Translations under genes and position numbers: made by a program
The notes under the pieces: model-generated
The model's input: only the letters and a program-made list of their open reading frames with translations
Database searches by the model: none
Told to the model about the DNA's origin: nothing
Shown here: in pieces, positions 57,801 to 64,000 of the stretch
Numbering within the stretch: the first letter of the stretch is position 1
Layout of the letters: the number at the start of each line of letters is the position of its first letter
NCBI GenBank assembly: GCA_041671225.1
Contig: JBAZBY010000001.1
Coordinates: forward strand, 430,940-494,939
From: Patescibacteria group bacterium
GTDB lineage: Bacteria > Patescibacteriota > Patescibacteriia > JBAZBY01
Length of the DNA: 64,000 nt
Reading direction: 5' to 3'

Positions 57801-60522
57801 CGTGGCCATCCCGACTGCCTTCACGGCTTTGGCAGTAAGCGACGCCATTCAGGTATCCGACGGTCTCCAGCAAGGTGACCAGTATGAGATTCTCGATTAT
57901 GCGTACGTCACTGCGGAGAACGGAACGGCATGCAATGCGGCAGTGAACGAAGCAGGAGAGGCATATATCTATGGGAATGCTGCCTCACAACTTACCATTC
58001 AGTACGCTGATGTGTGCAATCTCGGAAGGAATGCCGGTGGATACCGCGGTCTTGAAGCGTCGGGCATTGATGGTTCAGTGGCAAATGCGGGCATTCTCAT
58101 TGACCGTTCTGAACTTCACGGAAATGCCTGGAATTATTTTGGCGTTAGTCCGAACAATAATAGCACCTACGGATATGGGGTGTATCGCAACCTCATCTAT
58201 AGCAATGCAACACATGCCATGCGTCCGGGCGGGAATGGCATGGAGATCAATGGCAACCGCATCTATAGCAACACGGGGTATGGCGTGTATGGCGCCAATG
58301 CCACGACGTTAGTGATCAGCAATAATCATATCTACCTGAATAGCAGTGATGGTATTGAGATCGAGGGAGCGGGCGCGACTGTTTCCGGGAACACCACCTA
58401 CAAGAATACCGGGTCAGGCATCTATTTTGTCACCTCTGATAATTGTTCCGGCACATCGAATGCTACATTCAGCAATACGGTCCACGGTATTTATGACAAT
58501 TCTGCGTCATACAACAACACCTATACGGGGAACAGTGTTTATTATAACGATTCGTATGGGTTGCGTATCAATAGCACAACGAATACGACCGCAACCTCGA
58601 ACGCGATCTATGCGAATAAAAGTTACGGGCTTGTTACCTCGAACACGGTAAAAAATATTGTCGCTCGCTCAAATACGATTTATTATAATACATTGATTGA
58701 TGTTCTTGTAGGCAAAACAACATATAGTATTTTTGAAAATAACACGATTTACAACATTGGCTCTCCAACGGCTACGTATGGGATTTACATAAGTAATACG
58801 CCGAATTCAAACAATGTTTTCATCGGAAACGCTATTTACAATCAACGTTATGCGATTCAAACAAGCGATAATGCTGCTGTGACGAATACCGTTTTCATCA
58901 ATGAGCAATATGGCGTTTCCGGGAATAACGCTTTCTGGGATATCAATAGTGGCGGATATGCTGACCAGTTATATTTTTACAATTCAACTTTTGGCTCAAC
59001 AACAGAAAACAATGCATTGACTCCGGCGAACGCATTCTATATATCGCGGAAGCACGACGGAGTAGCTGGAGCGACAAAGGTCTGGGGCGAGTACGCGGTG
59101 CAGGCCGACAACACGGAAACGCCGCAGAACGAGGCGACGGATCAGTTCAACTACGCCAACGACCTCTGGCCGGATTCCTTCACGCCGCACGGGTTTTCAG
59201 TTGGGTATGGCGCAGGCAGCGAGGACACCGACCTTGACTATGCAGTAAGCGGAACATTCGGCGGTGATGCGAGCGCATATTCATACCGGGTAGTTTGTAC
59301 TGCGGCCAATTGTGTTTCAACCGGAAGCTCGTGGGACGTGTACCGCAACGGAACATTGCTTACCGCCAAGGCATCAACCGGCTCTCTCTATACAGATGCG
59401 CAGGTTGACGGCAGCACGGCACCCAGCATCCAATTCAAAATTGATGACGCAGGCACGGATTACACTGCTGGCGCTATGTACACGTTCGTTGCGTGGAAAG
59501 CGAGCGGAGATACCAGCACGCAGAAGGCCATCACTATGGCGCAGGATGGGGACAAGTTCACCGTTGCTTCCGGCAGAACGCTTGAACTCAAAGGGAATAC
59601 TGGCGGCGCAAACCCAACGCTCATCACGCGCGGCGCCACCGGCGGATATCAGTTCAGCGTGAGTGGCGCGATCGACGCAGACGGATATTCATTTAACTAC
59701 CTCGGCGGGGCTAGCCAGGCGAGCGGTTTGGATATCAACTCCGGTGCAACGGTCACCAGTCTTGATAACGGATATTTCGATAATTTTGGCACGAACGTGG
59801 GAAGTGCTGATTCATTCATCGATATCGATTCGTCGCTCATCGGCAGCGGCACCCCAACGCGCTCGCTGTATAAGGTATCGTTCGATAACACCACTGGATA
59901 TGCGAACTGCAACATCAATGCGACCGGCGCAGACGCTGCGGGGTATTGGGAGTTTTTGAACAGCACAGGGGCTTTCACCGGGGAAAGCTATGACTGCAAT
60001 GACGCTGCGGCAGATGGTACGCCCGGGCAGATAAGCTGGGGTGATCCATCCATCACACTCAGCATCTCAGATACCGCGATCGGCTTCGGGTCGCTTTCCG
60101 ATGCCGCGGCGCGATATGCGACGGATGATGAAGCCGGTTCAGACAGCGAGGTTGAGGCCCATACCGTCACCGCCAGCACGAACAGTGATAACGGGTATAG
60201 CATCACGGTACAAGGAAGTACACTCACCAGCGGCGGCGATACCATCAGCGCGATCGGTCCAGTAAATACGGCATCAGATCCCGGGACAGAGCAATTCGGC
60301 CTGCGCATGACGGCATCCGGCGGGTCAGGAGCGGTGAGCGCACCATACGCCGCGTCAGGTTTTGCACTGGACACCGCTGCGTTCCCGGACGAGGTCGTAT
60401 CAAGCTCCACTGCAGATAGCGGCACCACGTATTCCGCGCGGTATCTTGCGAATATTTCCGGCCCCACGGAAGCGGGGATATACAATGCCATACTCACTTA
60501 TATTGTGGTTGGTTCTTTCTGA
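51853..60522 (+). CDS. giant surface adhesin-like protein: N-terminal TM/Ig-like region, 3x tail-collar-like module, beta-helical stalk, parallel beta-helix domain, C-terminal WxL-like domain
   Basis: 2889 aa. Collar-like repeats at 53590-54567. N.IY.N...G repeats at about 58090-58990. C-terminal domain (60043-60522) homologous to the two downstream proteins. Confidence 0.85.
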   Translation: MRKPKKIKRKQNATRGTRFFSLALGIIVALGLLIVLWPQTLEEPERPLRKSILGLEQRFLIPGTCTGWHESARAKETDLLGSSARDAFDDSNSAFIPGKEAVLGVGNIELEDVSTELRCDSFAFPEDIEPNALLENIFLRLSLAADGVPDNEDVLALSYSTDDGASWHTLESFPLIDELSNNINDGFFRYELPELTDPKNQLGHLIFRAEYYPGFIEQHSQALIDGVNIAMSFQTDPEEFDVDATPLEAVQIAKGDFQMFEDPVIRVDIEERSALSFIGIGATKREVTNIKVTDPVGTIIPDVAVSEVKKGKKTIAEYRIDETQFTQPGQYQVQIEITQDGETYLITQDFTWGVLALNVLKSVALPGETVNAGMAVLTPGGNTLCDAELELIVTSPSGTRETFRTTDGTIALSSECGPETVTNVPDYAASFTAIEVGLHGLALTARTEYGEYTITDALDVRASVPFDVTRLGPTRIYPEADYTMYMEVVPTQDLLGTVEEFVPAGFVLSNVSDGGEERAISDAQKAVRWLVDWKAGQSYTLSYTFDAPNVSPEFYLLGPATFGASFVEARQWQIASDATDNMLAFWAGGDPPAGWTCVSCGSGDFYQKFPRGAATYGGTGGAATHNNHSISWVSTTGTITPPFSNIGGAVTVAAKVHTHPWISSASMGSGTLLPAYQNLKVIRYDTTGTPATIPSGVILMFDAAPTGSWSRYTAQDNDMIYGENDATGTGGTATHTHGSVGYTVDSSTETSTPQFGMGGVFGAVNGHQHTVSGATTASGNHTPPYLGVLLYSATADNTLPSDAIAMWDDTPADTDWSVVSGAAQSYNGKFLMGVSSYTGTPGGNSTHNHSNLGSTTSAPTGGTVEAEGGTKGTGAVSTHTHTATVSFGNVNNLPPYIDVIMAKYTAPVGIDISGRIYTDEGSTGLDCGTPRTVHLRINGSGTDTVECSNSPSNGSFSFSGVFVDSADIVTLYLDNETEEATTVFVSDGTSQTDVALYQDFVVVRADTGSIINANLVTGDDADDDVKYNVASSNLTVDSGFALHVWTGDTFAPGGTVTMQGAGGSVHINTSATLNMAGSALSVTGSFDNDGTYTPGANLTYFAAPSGTVTISSASAFNNISFNEDGGPVTYTHSSALDVNGTFTLLDGTFQQGANVNLNIAGNIELANASTFTKASGTGLLILDGDLTFFDWHASKQDMGNVHIGTSPDTTDLTSDMAATSLTVNAADIFNTNGYDLDIGTGGITVSGTLDATDDAEGDDTSINTEGLFDLNSGATFTQDQSTVTFDATSGTDGITDDATLTFYNLVLNDAGGSLQVDAVNSFEVSNNLTITNGTLNIASGQTVTHNGATLTLSDIISGAGRLTYTSATAFPATGTISSILRFDATGGNQTMSARTYGGNVEVYNNSASTRTVTAAAGTETLSANLDLSTGNAAVTLDLNANNPTFDVAGNVTIGASTTLIATTSAFTVAGNWDNNGTFTHSSGTVTMDAADTDNTIECGASSFNALTLAGSDSSGTWTAQTDNCTVAGTLNVDTSDVLTITTVTVTHSGATLTLNGTISGTGRLTYLSATNFPTSGTISSILRYDMTATAQNVTNRTYGGLVEIYANTASTRSATALAGTTVMTGGLTLSTGNAAVTFDQTTSDPTLTVTGTVTIGTGTTFSASNSATTSFADSYINNGTFTANSGIITFTATDAGNTLSGTLNGSSAFYKVRFNGTGGEWTTQDPMLISAANDAATLQLYAGTVTVGNGNGDNFEVDGRVVIAGNVGETATLQTAALAEGSSLIFDMNANTSTPTCANCYVQVGVGGGAGTGIFKVQKNTILRLNPRSAATASDTGVQVQTTGNFQVVGSLDDSGTSDSTTNETTLTDTTKAWTTDAHIGKKMRISNTSSLAYGRVYPITANTATALTYTTTASASSTIASITNTGANPTRIICSASNALITADDAGIGRYLHDTTGTAGYFQIVDSTNNNASCSSNDSFVIVAIPTAFTALAVSDAIQVSDGLQQGDQYEILDYAYVTAENGTACNAAVNEAGEAYIYGNAASQLTIQYADVCNLGRNAGGYRGLEASGIDGSVANAGILIDRSELHGNAWNYFGVSPNNNSTYGYGVYRNLIYSNATHAMRPGGNGMEINGNRIYSNTGYGVYGANATTLVISNNHIYLNSSDGIEIEGAGATVSGNTTYKNTGSGIYFVTSDNCSGTSNATFSNTVHGIYDNSASYNNTYTGNSVYYNDSYGLRINSTTNTTATSNAIYANKSYGLVTSNTVKNIVARSNTIYYNTLIDVLVGKTTYSIFENNTIYNIGSPTATYGIYISNTPNSNNVFIGNAIYNQRYAIQTSDNAAVTNTVFINEQYGVSGNNAFWDINSGGYADQLYFYNSTFGSTTENNALTPANAFYISRKHDGVAGATKVWGEYAVQADNTETPQNEATDQFNYANDLWPDSFTPHGFSVGYGAGSEDTDLDYAVSGTFGGDASAYSYRVVCTAANCVSTGSSWDVYRNGTLLTAKASTGSLYTDAQVDGSTAPSIQFKIDDAGTDYTAGAMYTFVAWKASGDTSTQKAITMAQDGDKFTVASGRTLELKGNTGGANPTLITRGATGGYQFSVSGAIDADGYSFNYLGGASQASGLDINSGATVTSLDNGYFDNFGTNVGSADSFIDIDSSLIGSGTPTRSLYKVSFDNTTGYANCNINATGADAAGYWEFLNSTGAFTGESYDCNDAAADGTPGQISWGDPSITLSISDTAIGFGSLSDAAARYATDDEAGSDSEVEAHTVTASTNSDNGYSITVQGSTLTSGGDTISAIGPVNTASDPGTEQFGLRMTASGGSGAVSAPYAASGFALDTAAFPDEVVSSSTADSGTTYSARYLANISGPTEAGIYNAILTYIVVGSF

Positions 60523-60526
60523 TTTC

Positions 60527-60555
60527 TTGACCCAAAGAGCTTTCCGTGGTATACT
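60527..60555 (+). promoter_or_regulatory. internal sigma70 promoter for the subunit genes
   Basis: TTGACC-17-TATACT preceded by TG. Confidence 0.65.
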
Positions 60556-60643
60556 GTTTTTGTTGAAGCTCATCAGAGGGGGAATTTTCCGCCTTGAATT
60601 TTCAGCAAAAAAAGATAGAATTCATTCGTTAAGAGAAGCAGAT

Positions 60644-61717
60644 ATGCAGAAGCGACTTCTCATCAGCGGTCTTATCCTCGCGTTCGTCACAGCGCTTACT
60701 TTGCCGTTGCCGCAAACAGCGCATGCGGCCAACCTCACATCACTCTCTGACACGCTCTCCACGCTCACGCAGAATGTTGCGGCGAACCACACCATCCTCT
60801 TCGTCACCCCCACCGGCGTCCAAGCGACCGCTGATACCATCACCATCGACCTTACGGACTTCACCGTCGGTACCGTTGACTACACGGATATCGATCTTGC
60901 AGAAGATAACGATGGCGCGTGCGACGGCACATGGACGGACAAGACGCTTGCCGCTGTTGCAGGCGCTGGAGAATGGGGCGCAGCATTCGCTGCTGCCGTC
61001 CTTACCCTCACCCCGCCGACCGATGCCGCATCCGGTGAGATCGATGCCGGATACTGCGTACAAGTGGAGATCGGCACCAATGCCGCAAGCGGCAATGCGC
61101 AGCTTACCAGCCCGAACGACACCAACACGCATGTCATCGAGCTTGCAGGCAACTTTGGCGATGACGGAAAGTATGCCGTAGACTTTGTTGCGGATGATAG
61201 CGTGGCGGTGAGCGCCACTGTCGACCCGACGATGACTTTTGCCATCTCCGACACGGATATCGGCTTTGGAACGCTTTCTGCGAGCGCAGCCACGTGGGCG
61301 ACCGACGATGCGGCGGGTTCGGCCACGGATGTCGCAGCGCACACCCTTGCCCTCTCCACCAATGCGACCGATGGCTATGCCATCACGTATAACGGCGCAA
61401 CGCTGACATCGGGAAGCGATACTATTTCTGTTGCGACCATTTCCAATAATGCAGACGGCACGCCAACGACAGAAGAGTTTGCCATGGGCTTTTCCACTGA
61501 CGGCGATGCGACCATTGCCGCGGCATATGACCATAATGCGACGCCGGGAAGCCGCGACTGGGCATTCGTGGCAAGCACCACGACGACCATTGCCTCAGAG
61601 CTCGGCCCAACCGCAACAGAGACCATCAGCGCGTTCTATCTTGCAAACATTGCCGCGGTAACGGAAGCGGGCATCTATACGACCAGCGTCACATACATTG
61701 CGACGGCCACATTTTAA
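60644..61717 (+). CDS. secreted WxL-like putative fimbrial/surface subunit 1
   Basis: ATG 60644; Sec signal ending AHA; two-domain beta protein ending GIYTTSVTYIATATF. Confidence 0.75.
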   Translation: MQKRLLISGLILAFVTALTLPLPQTAHAANLTSLSDTLSTLTQNVAANHTILFVTPTGVQATADTITIDLTDFTVGTVDYTDIDLAEDNDGACDGTWTDKTLAAVAGAGEWGAAFAAAVLTLTPPTDAASGEIDAGYCVQVEIGTNAASGNAQLTSPNDTNTHVIELAGNFGDDGKYAVDFVADDSVAVSATVDPTMTFAISDTDIGFGTLSASAATWATDDAAGSATDVAAHTLALSTNATDGYAITYNGATLTSGSDTISVATISNNADGTPTTEEFAMGFSTDGDATIAAAYDHNATPGSRDWAFVASTTTTIASELGPTATETISAFYLANIAAVTEAGIYTTSVTYIATATF

Positions 61718-62280
61718 AGGGTCTTGTACATGGGAAAATATCGCATCATCTCTCTTATCCTCATCATGACATTGGGGTTTGGTTTATCGTGGGCGCCTGT
61801 CCGTGCGGTAAGCCTCACATCACTCTCTGACACGCTCTCCACGCTCACGCAGAATGTTGCGGCGAACCACACCATCCTCTTCGTCACCCCCACCGGCGTC
61901 CAAGCGACCGCTGATACCATCACCATCGACCTTACGGACTTCACCGTCGGTACCGTTGACTACACGGATATCGATCTTGCAGAAGATAACGATGGCGCGT
62001 GCGACGGCACATGGACGGACAAGACGCTTGCCGCTGTTGCAGGCGCTGGAGAATGGGGCGCAGCATTCGCTGCTGCCGTCCTTACCCTCACCCCGCCGAC
62101 CGATGCCGCATCCGGTGAGATCGATGCCGGATACTGCGTACAAGTGGAGATCGGCACCAATGCCGCAAGCGGCAATGCGCAGCTTACCAGCCCGAACGAC
62201 ACCAACACGCATGTCATCGAGCTTGCAGGCAACTTTGGCGATGACGGAAAGTATGCCGTAGACTTTGTTGCGGATGATAG
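60733..62280 (+). repeat. 468-bp identical direct repeat (60733-61200 and 61813-62280), period 1080 bp
   Basis: Line-by-line identity. A second near-identical block lies at about 61481-61655 vs 62561-62735. Confidence 0.97.
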
Positions 62281-62797
62281 TGTTGATGTCACCGGAACCG
62301 TGGACGCAACAATGACGTTTGCCATCAGCGATGTTGATGTCGGTTTTGGCACGCTTGATGCGAGCAATCCCCGTTGGGCGAATGCCGGCGGCACAGGCTC
62401 AGCCACAGATACGGCCGCGCATACCTTGAGCCTTGCGACGAATGCGACCGATGGCTATGCCATCACCTATAATGGTGCAACACTCACCAGCGGAGCAGAT
62501 ACGATTACGGTTGCTTCTATTTCTAATGATGCAGACGGTACACAAGGATCGGAACAGTTCGCCATGGGCTTTTCCACGGACGGCGATGCGACCATTGCCG
62601 CGGCATATGACCATAATGCGACGCCGGGAAGCCGCGACTGGGCATTCGTGGCAAGCACCACAACGACCCTTGCCTCAGAGCTCGGCCCAACCGCAACAGA
62701 GACCATCAGCGCGTTCTACCTTGCAAACATTGCCGGAAATACAGAAGCAGGGATCTATTCCACCAGCGTCACGTATATTGCGACGGCCACGTTCTAA
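61730..62797 (+). CDS. secreted WxL-like putative fimbrial/surface subunit 2
   Basis: Paralog of the upstream gene with a different signal peptide (ending VRA); ends GIYSTSVTYIATATF. Confidence 0.75.
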   Translation: MGKYRIISLILIMTLGFGLSWAPVRAVSLTSLSDTLSTLTQNVAANHTILFVTPTGVQATADTITIDLTDFTVGTVDYTDIDLAEDNDGACDGTWTDKTLAAVAGAGEWGAAFAAAVLTLTPPTDAASGEIDAGYCVQVEIGTNAASGNAQLTSPNDTNTHVIELAGNFGDDGKYAVDFVADDSVDVTGTVDATMTFAISDVDVGFGTLDASNPRWANAGGTGSATDTAAHTLSLATNATDGYAITYNGATLTSGADTITVASISNDADGTQGSEQFAMGFSTDGDATIAAAYDHNATPGSRDWAFVASTTTTLASELGPTATETISAFYLANIAGNTEAGIYSTSVTYIATATF

Positions 62798-62866
62798 GGT
62801 GGGAAAACCGCCATTTCTTTTTTCTGGGATTTCAGTATACTTACTATAGATTATTAACGTTTCATA

Positions 62867-63937
62867 GTGAAAAAGGGGGATTTCTTTATGCAGAAGCTTG
62901 CTATGGCACTCATCGTGCTCGGCATATTTTTTGTTTTTGGGTTGGAGAAGGCGCAGGCCTTGACCATCATCCCCCCATCAACGGAGTTTCAGGTGGATCC
63001 TGGTGAGACATATGAAACGACCATCAAGCTCTTCAATGAGACGCAGAGCGATCTCACGCTCTATACGGATGTTCGGAATTTTACGCAGCTCGGAGAAACC
63101 GGAACGCCGAATTTTGATTTTGATGCGGAGCTCGCCGGCCTTGCCTCATATATCACGGTAACGCCCGGGCCCATTCCCGTAGGTGCTGGCGAGCGCGTGG
63201 AAGTTGCGGTGAAGATCGCTTTCCCATTGGATGCTGAACCCGGCGGAGCCTACGCTTCTGTATTTTTTACCGAGACCCCCCCAGTACCCACAGCACCTGG
63301 CCAGGTCGCGATTTCTTCAAAGCTTGGCAGTCTTTTGATCGTTCGCGTTAGCGGGGATATTCTTGAAATGGGCGCGGTTTCTGATTTTGGTACTGAGGTC
63401 TGTAATAGTGAGACCAAAACCTGCGCGGAGCATGGCGGAACGTATAACCGTCTTCCGATAGAGTTTTTTATGCGGTATACCAATACAGGCAATGTTCATT
63501 TGCGCCCGAGCGGCACTATTGCAATAAAGAACATACTTGGCGGTACCACTGCGACGCTAGAAATGAATGACGCAGACGGTGCAACGCTTCCAGACAGTAC
63601 GCGCAAATATACTGCTGTGTGGGAGAAAGAAAGAGTGAATGCAGATGAAGGCAATATATGGACGGATTTTTGGCAGGAATTCGGCAATGAATGGCGCAAC
63701 TTCGGCCTTGGCCGTTATACCGCAATGGTTACCGTTACCGCTGGCGAGGATACCATCATTACTGATACCGGCACTCTTACGCTGTGGATTTGGCCATGGC
63801 GCGTGCTTGTTATCTCCTTACTCGTCTTGGTTGCCCTCGTTCTCATTATCTTCTTTGGCATCAAGCGCTATAACGCGCACATCCTGAAGAAAGCCGCGGA
63901 ACAGCAGGGTCAATCTAAGCCGTCGAGCAAGGTGTAG
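62867..63937 (+). CDS. DUF916/DUF3324-like (WxL-interacting/chaperone-like) membrane-anchored protein
   Basis: Signal ending AQA; PGE...I..FN, P.DAEPG..Y, I.S..G.L..V.V.G, NTGNVH..P.G...I.N..G, GRY.A; C-terminal TM plus basic tail. Confidence 0.72.
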   Translation: MKKGDFFMQKLAMALIVLGIFFVFGLEKAQALTIIPPSTEFQVDPGETYETTIKLFNETQSDLTLYTDVRNFTQLGETGTPNFDFDAELAGLASYITVTPGPIPVGAGERVEVAVKIAFPLDAEPGGAYASVFFTETPPVPTAPGQVAISSKLGSLLIVRVSGDILEMGAVSDFGTEVCNSETKTCAEHGGTYNRLPIEFFMRYTNTGNVHLRPSGTIAIKNILGGTTATLEMNDADGATLPDSTRKYTAVWEKERVNADEGNIWTDFWQEFGNEWRNFGLGRYTAMVTVTAGEDTIITDTGTLTLWIWPWRVLVISLLVLVALVLIIFFGIKRYNAHILKKAAEQQGQSKPSSKV

Positions 63938-63955
63938 CCTCTTCGGAGGTCGCAC

Positions 63956-64000
63956 ATGTTTTTTCGCTCGCTTACACTCCTCACGCTCGCGATTCTGGGA
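63956..64000 (+). CDS. start of the next secreted/membrane protein (truncated by the window edge)
   Basis: GGAGGT RBS, then ATG MFFRSLTLLTLAILG. Confidence 0.45.
   Translation, partial: MFFRSLTLLTLAILG

Noticed and set aside
60556-60643. Riboswitch in the leader of the subunit genes (also considered for 6094-6140)
   Set aside because: Only weak hairpins; no SAM-I or c-di-GMP consensus could be matched.
60362-60643. N-terminal extension of the 451-aa ORF
   Set aside because: Overlaps the upstream gene's end and an internal promoter; the signal peptide and paralog alignment place the start at 60644.
1-64000. CRISPR array, rRNA, IS transposase, integron attC cassettes
   Set aside because: No regularly spaced short repeats, rRNA-like tracts, transposase or integrase motifs, or attC structures between the tandem genes were seen.
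1-64000. Alternative genetic code 25 (TGA=Gly)
   Set aside because: Conserved genes are full length under code 11, and several end at TGA at expected positions (for example 14099, 51494, 60522).

Overview
Bacterial chromosomal window read with genetic code 11. Gene content and style suggest Patescibacteria/CPR (inference: short IF-2, RNHCP and TrmB-type proteins, class I FBPase/aldolase with rpe/rpiB, PilT, many prepilin-like and giant surface proteins, palindromic REP-like elements). Housekeeping genes: clpB (partial), gdhA, trxA, infB-rbfA-nrnA-clpP, rny, HU, pilT, rpmB, sod and seven tRNAs, plus two parS-like sites near the left end. Main accessory signals: (1) two giant surface proteins (2230 aa and 2889 aa, about 45 kb apart) share a triple-tandem phage tail-collar/tail-fibre-tip-like module with paired HxH motifs and shared beta-helical stalk repeats, but have different anchors; (2) the 2889 aa gene heads a WxL/Csc-like putative fimbrial locus with two tandem subunit paralogs sharing a 468-bp identical block, plus a DUF916-like membrane protein; (3) a promoter-to-terminator, hairpin-dense ~300-nt candidate ncRNA upstream of infB; (4) a radical SAM + TrmB cassette bounded by an 88/89-bp direct repeat with no integrase; (5) four tandem prepilin-like modular proteins; (6) a 40-aa, 17-acidic-residue micro-protein in its own transcription unit; (7) a PvcA/DIT1-like enzyme; (8) a duplicated ECF-sigma promoter motif; (9) a tRNA remnant split by palindromic repeats. 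All family calls come from motif recognition only; no database search was run.
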